From: Alphaproteobacteria bacterium | GTDB taxonomy: Bacteria; Pseudomonadota; Alphaproteobacteria; JAAEOK01 | NCBI GenBank assembly: GCA_024244705.1 | Contig: JAAEOK010000075.1 | Location: 29,320 to 93,319 of the forward strand | Length of the DNA: 64,000 bases | Direction: 5' to 3' | Shown here: positions 56,608-64,000 of the stretch, in pieces | How positions within the stretch are numbered: position 1 is the first letter of the stretch | How the letters are laid out: every line of letters begins with the position of its first letter | Made by a program: the position numbers and the translations under genes | Notes under the pieces: model-generated | Told to the model about the DNA's origin: nothing | The model's database searches: none | The model's input: the letters and a program-made list of their open reading frames with translations, nothing else

Positions 56608-58043
56608 GAACACTACCCCTCACAATCGGCACGCTCCATTTCGTCGGCATCGGCGGCATCGGCATGAGCGGGATTGCCGAGATCCTGCGCAACCTCGGCT
56701 ATCGCGTTCAGGGCAGCGATATCGCGGCGAACGTCAACGTCAATCGCCTGCGCGCGCTGGGCATCGAGATCGCCACCGGTCACGCCGCCGAAAATCTCGG
56801 CGATGCCGAAGTCGTCGTCGTTTCGTCGGCCGTGAGCGCGGACAACCCGGAAGTGGCGGCGGCCCGGGCGCGGCATATCCCGGTCGTGCGACGCGCGGAA
56901 ATGCTGGCCGAATTGATGCGTTTGAAGGCGTCGATCGCGGTTGGCGGCACCCATGGCAAGACAACCACGACCTCGATGATCGCCGCCCTGCTCGATGCCG
57001 CTGGGCTCGATCCGACCGTCATCAACGGCGGCATCATCAACGCCTACGGCACGAATGCGCGGCTCGGCGACGGCGAATGGATGGTGGTCGAGGCCGACGA
57101 ATCCGACGGCACCTTCGTCAAGCTGCCGGCGGTGATCGCGGTAGTTACCAACATCGACCCCGAACACATGGACTTCTACGGTTCGTTCGACGCCTTGCGT
57201 GACGCTTTCGATTCCTTCGTCAGCAATATCCCGTTCTATGGCTACGCAACGCTGTGCATCGACCATCCCGAAGTTCAATCGATGATCCCTCGGGTCTCGG
57301 ACCGGCGCATCATCACCTATGGCACCAGCCCACAGGCTGATATCCGCGCCACCGATATAGGGCTCGATGCTGCGGGGTCGCGGTTCGATGTCACCATCGC
57401 CGATCGCGCAGGTGGCGGCGCCCGGCAGATCAAGGACCTGCGCTTGCCGATGCTCGGCGAGCACAACGTGCGCAACGCCTTGGCCACTGTCGCCATCGGC
57501 ATCGAAATGGGCATCGACGACGATCTCATTCGCACCGGGCTCGCCGGGTTCGAAGGCGTCAAGCGCCGGTTCACGCGGGTCGGCATCGTCGGCGGCGTCA
57601 CGATCATCGACGATTATGGTCATCACCCGGTCGAAATCGCCGCGGTGCTCAGCGCGGCACGCGCGGCGGCGGGCGACGGCCAGGTCATCGCCGTCGTCCA
57701 ACCGCACCGATTTACCCGGCTGGCCGCTCTGTTCGAGGAATTCTGCACCTGCTTCAACGATGCCGACGCGGTTATCGTCGCCGACGTCTATAGCGCCGGC
57801 GAAGAGCCGATCGAGGGCGCCGACCGCGATGCCCTGGTCGAAGGTCTGCGGCGTTATGGACATCGCAGCGTCGAACCGCTCGACGATCCGGCGGGCCTTG
57901 CCGGCCTGGTTCACGCCATAGCTCGGCCGGGCGACCTCGTCGTTTGTCTCGGCGCCGGCAGTATCACGACATGGGCAAACGCCCTGCCCGAGCAGCTGAC
58001 CGCGCTTGCGGCGGAAGCCCCACAGACGGGGACGGGTCGATGA
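56604..58043 (+). CDS. murC: UDP-N-acetylmuramate--L-alanine ligase MurC
   Basis: [18 protein letters not shown]-terminus, [12 protein letters not shown] start with GGAGGG 6 nt upstream; overlaps the murG stop (GTGA). Confidence 0.9.
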   Translation: MRTLPLTIGTLHFVGIGGIGMSGIAEILRNLGYRVQGSDIAANVNVNRLRALGIEIATGHAAENLGDAEVVVVSSAVSADNPEVAAARARHIPVVRRAEMLAELMRLKASIAVGGTHGKTTTTSMIAALLDAAGLDPTVINGGIINAYGTNARLGDGEWMVVEADESDGTFVKLPAVIAVVTNIDPEHMDFYGSFDALRDAFDSFVSNIPFYGYATLCIDHPEVQSMIPRVSDRRIITYGTSPQADIRATDIGLDAAGSRFDVTIADRAGGGARQIKDLRLPMLGEHNVRNALATVAIGIEMGIDDDLIRTGLAGFEGVKRRFTRVGIVGGVTIIDDYGHHPVEIAAVLSAARAAAGDGQVIAVVQPHRFTRLAALFEEFCTCFNDADAVIVADVYSAGEEPIEGADRDALVEGLRRYGHRSVEPLDDPAGLAGLVHAIARPGDLVVCLGAGSITTWANALPEQLTALAAEAPQTGTGR

Positions 58044-58987
58044 TGGCGGCGCCACGCACGGATCATCTGATCGATCGACTGCCCAAGGCGCGCGGACGGC
58101 TCATCGCCGACGCACCCCTTCACCGCTACGCCTGGTTCCGCGTCGGCGGCGCGGCGGAGGTCCTCTTCGAACCCGCCGACCGCGACGATCTGGCGGCGAT
58201 GCTGCGGAGCGTCCCGCCGGGCGTCCCGATAACCGTCATCGGCGCGGCATCCAACTTGTTGATCCGCGACGGCGGCGTCGCTGGCCTCGTTATTCGCCTG
58301 ACACGGGGTTTCGCGACGATCTCGGTCGACGGCGATACGGTCGTGGCCGGCGCCGGCGCCATGGATATCAATGTCGCGCGCCAAGCCGCCGCGGCGGGGC
58401 TTGGCGGATTGGAGTTCCTGTCCGGGGTTCCGGGTTCGGTGGGCGGCGCCCTGCGCATGAACGCCGGCGCCTATGGCCGCGAAATCGCCGACGTGTTGAT
58501 CGACGCGGAGGCGATTGGGCGCGATGGAAACGTGACCAAGACCACCGCGGCGGATATGGGATTTTCCTATCGCCATACGACCGTCGCGGAAGATCTGATC
58601 TTCGTTTCCGCACGGTTCCGCGGCGCGGCCGACGACCCTCGAAAAATCGCCGCGCGCATGGCCGAGATTCGCGCCGCCCGCGAAGACAGCCAACCGATTC
58701 GCAGCCGCACCGGCGGCAGCACGTTCAAGAACCCGCCGCGACAGAAGGCCTGGCAACTGATCGACCGGGCCGGTTGCAGGGGTCTTGTCCGCGGCGGCGC
58801 TCGGGTGTCCGAACAGCATTGCAACTTCCTGATCAACACCGGCAGCGCGACCGCGGCCGATTTGGAAGGCCTCGGCGAGGAAATTCGGCGCCGCGTCAAG
58901 GCCGCCACAGGTGTGGTTCTGGAGTGGGAGATTCGCCGCATCGGCGACGCCCCCGCGCACGGCCTCCGTGAGGTTGGCGATGAATAA
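58040..58987 (+). CDS. murB: UDP-N-acetylenolpyruvoylglucosamine reductase MurB
   Basis: FAD-binding PCMH domain ([10 protein letters not shown]...VIGAASNLL). ATGA overlap with murC. Confidence 0.85.
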   Translation: MMAAPRTDHLIDRLPKARGRLIADAPLHRYAWFRVGGAAEVLFEPADRDDLAAMLRSVPPGVPITVIGAASNLLIRDGGVAGLVIRLTRGFATISVDGDTVVAGAGAMDINVARQAAAAGLGGLEFLSGVPGSVGGALRMNAGAYGREIADVLIDAEAIGRDGNVTKTTAADMGFSYRHTTVAEDLIFVSARFRGAADDPRKIAARMAEIRAAREDSQPIRSRTGGSTFKNPPRQKAWQLIDRAGCRGLVRGGARVSEQHCNFLINTGSATAADLEGLGEEIRRRVKAATGVVLEWEIRRIGDAPAHGLREVGDE

Positions 58988-59900
58988 GCGCGTGGTGGTC
59001 TTGATGGGCGGCTGGTCGGCCGAACGCGAAGTATCGCTGGCCAGCGGTGCCGCGGTCACGGACGCGCTGCTCGAGGCCGGCTACGAAGCGACCACGGTCG
59101 ACGTCACCCGTGACGTAGCGGCGATCATGGCCGCCCTGGAGCCAAGGCCCGACGCCATCTTCAACGCGCTCCATGGGCGCTGGGGTGAAGACGGCTGCAT
59201 CCAAGGGCTGCTCGACATTGTCGGCATTCCCTACACCCATTCCGGTTTGCTCGCCTCGGCGGTCGCGATGAACAAGCCGATGGCCAAGATCGTGCTCGAA
59301 GCGGCCGGCGTGCCCTGCACGCCGGGCGGGGTTCATGCGGCGGCGGAATTGTGGGTCGGCGACGTGATCGATCGTCCCTATGTCGTCAAGCCGGTCGACG
59401 AGGGCTCCAGCGTCCTGGTCCGCATCGTTACCGAAACCGACGAGGCGGTCCCATTCACCGAAGAGGAATGGGTTTATGGCGATATCGTGCTGGTCGAGCC
59501 CTACATCCCCGGCCGCGAGCTGACGGTCTCGGTGATGGGCGACCGTGCCCTCGAAGTCACCGAAATCCAGCCCCGCGAGGGCTTCTACGACTACACCGCC
59601 AAATACACCGACGGCAAAGCCGACCACATCGTGCCGGCGCAGATCCCGGCCGAGGTGCATGAGGAAGCCCGCCGCCTAGCAGTGGTCGCACACCGGGCGT
59701 TGGGCTGCCGCGGCGTCAGCCGGGCGGACTTCCGTTACGACGATACCGGCGGCGAACCGGGACAACTGCTTTGTCTGGAGGTCAACACCCAGCCGGGCAT
59801 GACCTCGCTGTCGCTGGTCCCCGAGCAGGCCCGGGCGATTGGCATATCGTTTCCCGATTTGTGCGCTTGGATGGTGGAGAACGCGCAATGCGACGTTTGA
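58980..59900 (+). CDS. ddl: D-alanine--D-alanine ligase
   Basis: [21 protein letters not shown]-terminus and ATP-grasp fold. 8-nt overlap with murB. Confidence 0.9.
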   Translation: MNKRVVVLMGGWSAEREVSLASGAAVTDALLEAGYEATTVDVTRDVAAIMAALEPRPDAIFNALHGRWGEDGCIQGLLDIVGIPYTHSGLLASAVAMNKPMAKIVLEAAGVPCTPGGVHAAAELWVGDVIDRPYVVKPVDEGSSVLVRIVTETDEAVPFTEEEWVYGDIVLVEPYIPGRELTVSVMGDRALEVTEIQPREGFYDYTAKYTDGKADHIVPAQIPAEVHEEARRLAVVAHRALGCRGVSRADFRYDDTGGEPGQLLCLEVNTQPGMTSLSLVPEQARAIGISFPDLCAWMVENAQCDV

Positions 59901-60736
59901 CAGGCCGCAACAATCTTGCGCCGGGCGAGCGCCGGCGGCCGCCGAACCGGGGGCTTCGCAACGGCGTCCAGGCGACCGCCGTCCTGGCGATCGGTACGAT
60001 CATGATCTGTGGCCCGGTCTGGCTGTGGCGGTCCGGAGTCATCGAAGACGGCGCTGCCAGATTGCAATTCGCCGCGATCGAGCGTCTGGCGGATTTCGGC
60101 CTCAGCGTTGAGAATATCGTCATCAGCGGACGGGTTGAAACCGAATCGGCGGAGGCCTTGGCCGCGCTCGGCGTCCGCCGCGGTTCGCCGATTTTCGCCG
60201 TCGAGCCCGAAGCGGCGCGGGAGCGTATTGAATTGCTGCCGTGGGTCGCGCGGGCGACCGTCGAGCGGCGGCTGCCGAACGAGCTCCGCGTCCAGATCGA
60301 AGAACATCTGCCGTTGGCTATTTGGCAGCACGAACGCCGCATCAGGATGATCAATGCCGAGGGTGGCGTTATCGACGTCGAGCCGCCGCGGCGATTTTCC
60401 CATCTTCCGGTGGTCGTCGGACCGGACGCACCCGATCACGCGCTCGGGCTGATACGGCTGCTCGGCACCGAACCGGATCTGGCGCGCCGCGTGGCGGCAG
60501 CGGTCCGGGTCGGCGGGCGACGCTGGAACCTTGAATTCGCCGACGGGATCAGCGTCAGCCTTCCCGAGCACGAGGCCGTCGCCGCTTGGCGCCGATTGGC
60601 GACCCTGGTTCGTGAAGATGACCTCTTCGACAAGAGCATCATCGCAATCGACCTCCGCCTATTTCCCGGCAAGCTGGTCATTCGACGGGCACCGGGCACC
60701 ACCATCGCGTCTGATCAAAAAGGCAAGGAGACTTAG
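59888..60736 (+). CDS. ftsQ: Cell division protein FtsQ
   Basis: N-terminal TM (AVLAIGTIMICGPVWLW), then POTRA and FtsQ beta domains. 13-nt overlap with ddl. Confidence 0.75.
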   Translation: MRRLTGRNNLAPGERRRPPNRGLRNGVQATAVLAIGTIMICGPVWLWRSGVIEDGAARLQFAAIERLADFGLSVENIVISGRVETESAEALAALGVRRGSPIFAVEPEAARERIELLPWVARATVERRLPNELRVQIEEHLPLAIWQHERRIRMINAEGGVIDVEPPRRFSHLPVVVGPDAPDHALGLIRLLGTEPDLARRVAAAVRVGGRRWNLEFADGISVSLPEHEAVAAWRRLATLVREDDLFDKSIIAIDLRLFPGKLVIRRAPGTTIASDQKGKET

Positions 60737-60739
60737 GAC

Positions 60740-61984
60740 GTGGCCAGAATACGACATGGCACGATCGCCGCGCTCGACATCGGCACCACCAAAGTATGCT
60801 GCTTCATCGCCCACACCGATGAGGACGACCGCCTCCATCTTCGCGGCTTCGGTCATCAGGTCTCGAAGGGCATGCGGGGAGGGACGATCATCGACATGGA
60901 CGCCGTTGAGCGCTCCGTCCTAGCCGCCGTGCACGCGGCGGAACAGATGGCCGGCGAGCAAATCCACGGCGTGGTCGTCAATATTTCTTGCGGCTACCCG
61001 GCGTCGCGAACAATCGGACTCGAGATCGCCATCGGCGGCCACGAGGTGAGCGAAACCGATATCTACCGCGCTCTGGATCGCGGTCGCGAATATCAGATCG
61101 ACAGCGATCGCAGCATCGTGCACTCGATCCCGATCGGCTACACGATCGACAACAGCCAGGGCATCCGCGACCCACGTGGCATGTACGGCGACCGGCTCGG
61201 CGTCGATATCCATCTCGTCACCGCCGGTGTCAGCGCGGTCCGCAACATCCGGACCTGCATCGACCGTACTCATCTGAGTGTCGATGCCATGGTCATCTCC
61301 CCCTATGCCTCCGCCCTCGCTTGCCTGGTCGACGATGAAACGCAACTCGGCGTGACATTGATCGACATGGGCGGCGGCACGACCACCATCGCCGTCTTCT
61401 ATGAAGGCGAGGTCGTCTTCACCGATTTCATCCCGGTCGGCGGCATCCACGTCACCAACGACATCGCCCATGGCTTGTCGACCCCGGTCGTTCACGCCGA
61501 GCGGATGAAAACCTTGTATGGCAGCGCCATAGCGTCCCCGGCCGACCAGCACGAGGTCATCGACGTTCCGCCGATCGGTGAATCGGATCACGCCGAACCC
61601 AACCATGTGCCGAAATCGCTGCTTACGGGCGTAATTCAGCCGCGCATCGAGGAAATATTCGAGCTAGTTCGATCCCGACTCGAGCTGAGCGGGTTCGGCA
61701 AGGTCGCCGGCAACAGGGTCGTCCTGACCGGCGGTACATCGCAGCTTTCAGGTGTCCGGGACCTCGCCGCGTTGATCCTGGACAAGCAGATCAGGATGGG
61801 CCGGCCGACGCGGCTGAACGGCCTTGCCGACGCTTCCAGCGGCCCCGCGTTTTCGACCTGCGCCGGGCTGCTGAACTACGGTGTCGAAAAACACGTCGCG
61901 CCCACCGCCTGGGCCGGCCTTAACCCCGAGGAGCCGAACGGCCTGATGGGCCGGCTCGGTGAATGGATCCGTGTCAACTTTTAA
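60740..61984 (+). CDS. ftsA: Cell division protein FtsA
   Basis: Actin-like fold (IAALDIGTTKVCCFIA...LIDMGGGTTTIAVF). GTG start with AAGGAG 9 nt upstream. Confidence 0.9.
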   Translation: MARIRHGTIAALDIGTTKVCCFIAHTDEDDRLHLRGFGHQVSKGMRGGTIIDMDAVERSVLAAVHAAEQMAGEQIHGVVVNISCGYPASRTIGLEIAIGGHEVSETDIYRALDRGREYQIDSDRSIVHSIPIGYTIDNSQGIRDPRGMYGDRLGVDIHLVTAGVSAVRNIRTCIDRTHLSVDAMVISPYASALACLVDDETQLGVTLIDMGGGTTTIAVFYEGEVVFTDFIPVGGIHVTNDIAHGLSTPVVHAERMKTLYGSAIASPADQHEVIDVPPIGESDHAEPNHVPKSLLTGVIQPRIEEIFELVRSRLELSGFGKVAGNRVVLTGGTSQLSGVRDLAALILDKQIRMGRPTRLNGLADASSGPAFSTCAGLLNYGVEKHVAPTAWAGLNPEEPNGLMGRLGEWIRVNF

Positions 61985-62046
61985 CCATACCGGAATCTCA
62001 CGCCTGATGGGGATCAGGCAACTGGTGCTACCAAGCGGAGGAAAAA

Positions 62047-63681
62047 ATGACCGTTAACCTTACCATCCCCGAGAAAGAGGCTGAAATGAAACCGCAGATA
62101 ATCGTATTCGGTGTCGGCGGTGCCGGAGGCAACGCCGTCAACAACATGATTCGTTCCAACCTTGAGGGCGTCGACTTCGTCGTCGCCAACACCGACGCAC
62201 AGGCCCTCGCCTTGTCGGAGTCCGAGCACAGAATTCAGCTCGGCGTATCGATCACCGAGGGCCTCGGTGCCGGCGCCCGGCCGGACATCGGGCGCGCGGC
62301 GGCCGAAGAGGGCATGGATCAGATCCTGGATGCGCTCGACCGCACCCATATGGCCTTCATCACCGCCGGCATGGGCGGTGGCACCGGAACCGGTGCCGCC
62401 CCGGTCATCGCGCGGGCGGCCCGGGAACGCGGCGTTCTGACCGTCGGCGTGGTCACCAAGCCGTTCCATTTCGAGGGCCAACACCGGATGAGGATCGCGG
62501 AGGAGGGAATCGAAGAACTCCAGCAGTTCGTCGACACCCTGATCATCATTCCGAACCAGAACCTGTTCCGCGTCGCCAACGAGAAGACAACCTTCGCCGA
62601 CGCCTTCAAGATGGCCGACGATGTGTTGAACTCGGGCGTCCGCGGGGTCACCGACCTGATGGTCATGCCCGGTCTGATCAATCTGGACTTCGCCGATATC
62701 CGCACCGTGATGAGCGAGATGGGCAAGGCGATGATGGGCACCGGCGAAGCCGAGGGCGAAAACCGCGCCGTTCAGGCGGCCGAAGCGGCGATCTCGAATC
62801 CGTTGCTCGACGAGATATCGATGAAGGGCGCACGCGGCGTTCTGATCAATATCACCGGCGGCCTCGATCTGACCTTGTTCGAGGTCGACGAGTCGGCCAA
62901 CCGCATTCGCGACGAAGTCGATCCGGCGGCCAATATCATCTTCGGCTCGACCTTCGACGAATCGTTGCAGGGCGTTATGCGCGTATCGGTGGTCGCGACC
63001 GGCATCGACGCCGATGTCACGGTCAAGCCGCGAACGACGACGATCAGTCTGGTCGCCGATAACGTCGCTCGGGAGATTCCCGAACCGCAGCCGGAGGCGG
63101 CGCCGGCCGCAGCCGAAACCGTTGCCGTCGCCGAGCAGGTCGACAGCGACGAGGAGGCGTTCGAAATGCCGCAACTGCCGGCGCGTTCCGACGCTGGCAA
63201 CGATGATGCGGTCGAGGAAATTGCCGCTTCCGAAGCCGACATTGTCGCCGGCGTCGCCGAGGAGAGCACCCCGGCCGATCCACCCTTCATCGCTCCGCCG
63301 CCGATCGAAACGGCACCGGTGGTGCAGTCGGAGGATCGTCCCGATGAGTTCGCGGCAGCGGCCTTGGCCAACGCCAGCCGTCCCGAGCCAGAGTCGGCAC
63401 CGGCACGGAAATCGGAAGGCGGACGAGCGGCCAGCTTGTTCAAGCGGGTCACGCGTGCGGCGCGCGATCTCGCCGAGGCGGTGGATGACGATCGGGCCCC
63501 CGACGCCGCCCGTAGCGAACCCAAGATCGCGACCGGTGCCGCGGCACGGCAGACGGAATCGGAGGTCAAGCCGATCCAGACCCACATCACCGGTCTGGAT
63601 CAGTCCGATCAGCGGACGGCATTGCAAAACGATGAGGAACTCCTAGAGATCCCCGCGTTTCTGCGTCGCCAGGCGAACTGA
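62047..63681 (+). CDS. ftsZ: Cell division GTPase FtsZ, with a long disordered linker and a conserved C-terminal peptide
   Basis: GGGTGTG tubulin signature and NTDAQAL. The C-terminus [16 protein letters not shown] is the FtsA-binding tail. GGAGG 5 nt upstream of the ATG. Confidence 0.95.
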   Translation: MTVNLTIPEKEAEMKPQIIVFGVGGAGGNAVNNMIRSNLEGVDFVVANTDAQALALSESEHRIQLGVSITEGLGAGARPDIGRAAAEEGMDQILDALDRTHMAFITAGMGGGTGTGAAPVIARAARERGVLTVGVVTKPFHFEGQHRMRIAEEGIEELQQFVDTLIIIPNQNLFRVANEKTTFADAFKMADDVLNSGVRGVTDLMVMPGLINLDFADIRTVMSEMGKAMMGTGEAEGENRAVQAAEAAISNPLLDEISMKGARGVLINITGGLDLTLFEVDESANRIRDEVDPAANIIFGSTFDESLQGVMRVSVVATGIDADVTVKPRTTTISLVADNVAREIPEPQPEAAPAAAETVAVAEQVDSDEEAFEMPQLPARSDAGNDDAVEEIAASEADIVAGVAEESTPADPPFIAPPPIETAPVVQSEDRPDEFAAAALANASRPEPESAPARKSEGGRAASLFKRVTRAARDLAEAVDDDRAPDAARSEPKIATGAAARQTESEVKPIQTHITGLDQSDQRTALQNDEELLEIPAFLRRQAN

Positions 63682-63712
63682 CGGCGCGACTGATTGGTCG
63701 CACCTACTCTGC

Positions 63713-63748
63713 GGGCTCCGGGCACCTCCCCCCGGAGCCCCATTTTTT
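63713..63748 (+). terminator. Rho-independent terminator downstream of ftsZ
   Basis: GGGCTCCGG-gcacctcccc-CCGGAGCCC followed by ATTTTTTCC. Confidence 0.5.
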
Positions 63749-63830
63749 CCCCTCGATCGGCGCCGAGAGATCGGCTCTTTTCTCTTCGCCCTGCCAGGTC
63801 TAAGAATTGGCGGCGAAAGGAAATTTCACC

Positions 63831-64000
63831 ATGGTCAACGCTCCGGCCACCGCCGCCCTGGCCTACCGGGAGCAACACACCCTCGCCGGCGCGACGACAT
63901 TGGTCGGTACCGCATTGCATAGCGGCCTTCCGTCATCAATCGTTCTGCGCCCGGCGCGCGCGGACAGCGGCATAGGTTTCCGCCGCATCGACATCGCCGA
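63831..64000 (+). CDS. lpxC: UDP-3-O-acyl-N-acetylglucosamine deacetylase LpxC, N-terminal 56 codons only (truncated by the window end)
   Basis: MVNAPATAALAYREQHTLAGATTLVGTALHSGLPSSIVLRPARADSGIGFRRIDIA matches the LpxC N-terminus (TL...G.GLHSG......PA....GI.F.R.D). It follows ftsZ, the usual dcw position. Confidence 0.7.
   Translation, partial: MVNAPATAALAYREQHTLAGATTLVGTALHSGLPSSIVLRPARADSGIGFRRIDIA

Noticed and set aside
56613-58055. 480 aa minus-strand ORF antisense to murC. Similar long antisense ORFs occur at 62014-63627 versus ftsZ, 57911-59059 versus murB, 15079-16755 versus the cyclase, 31451-33343 versus the oxoprolinase, 23453-25279 versus dld and 205-1461 versus the permease.
   Set aside because: Their translations are Arg/Ala/Gly-rich with no domain signatures, and each lies opposite a strongly supported conserved gene. 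This is a typical stop-codon-poor artefact of about 65% GC DNA.

Overview
This is a 64 kb, high-GC (about 65%) chromosomal segment that looks alphaproteobacterial: it carries SspB-alpha, a long FtsZ linker, dcw gene order ending in lpxC, and a permuted tmRNA. Genes are densely packed on both strands, and the many long antisense ORFs in the six-frame track are GC artefacts. The main annotation sources were recognisable protein families in the ORF translations and start-codon/SD/overlap context read from the sequence; the RNA genes and repeats were read directly from the DNA.

Content, 5' to 3':
- A choline/betaine-type ABC importer operon on the minus strand (OpuAC-like binding protein, CBS-domain ATPase, fused double permease), followed by a partial choline-kinase-like gene at the window edge.
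- A divergent DeoR regulator, an HD hydrolase, thyX, and an acyl-CoA synthetase.
- A two-piece (permuted) tmRNA gene, ssrA, missed by the ORF track, immediately followed by sspB, the SsrA-tag adaptor.
- Class I fumarase (fumA), a DUF1499 protein, an alpha/beta hydrolase and a LysE exporter.
- A class III adenylate cyclase with TPR repeats, divergent from a TfoX-N protein, then class II fumarase (fumC), a small ribbon-helix-helix (RHH) protein and a DUF3303 protein.
- A 1422 aa AsmA-family protein, a FAD-linked 2-hydroxyacid dehydrogenase, and a TRAP dctPQM transporter.
- Two copies of a roughly 100 bp palindromic MITE/REP-like repeat, each sitting in a convergent intergenic gap.
- A minus-strand cluster of 5-oxoprolinase (fused HyuA/HyuB), a FAD monooxygenase and an aryl-CoA ligase.
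- A GT-C-like membrane protein, DUF3750, DjlA, an MBL hydrolase, an ABC-F ATPase, an EamA transporter, a GT2-GtrA enzyme and ampD.
- RNase P RNA (rnpB), also missed by the ORF track.
- The complete dcw cluster (mraZ, rsmH, ftsL, ftsI, murE, murF, mraY, murD, ftsW, murG, murC, murB, ddl, ftsQ, ftsA, ftsZ) with predicted MraZ boxes upstream, then the start of lpxC.

No CRISPR array, prophage, integrase, IS element or recognisable defence system was found. CDS coordinates are computed from ORF-track coordinates; coordinates of RNAs, repeats and regulatory sites are approximate (about +/-3 nt).
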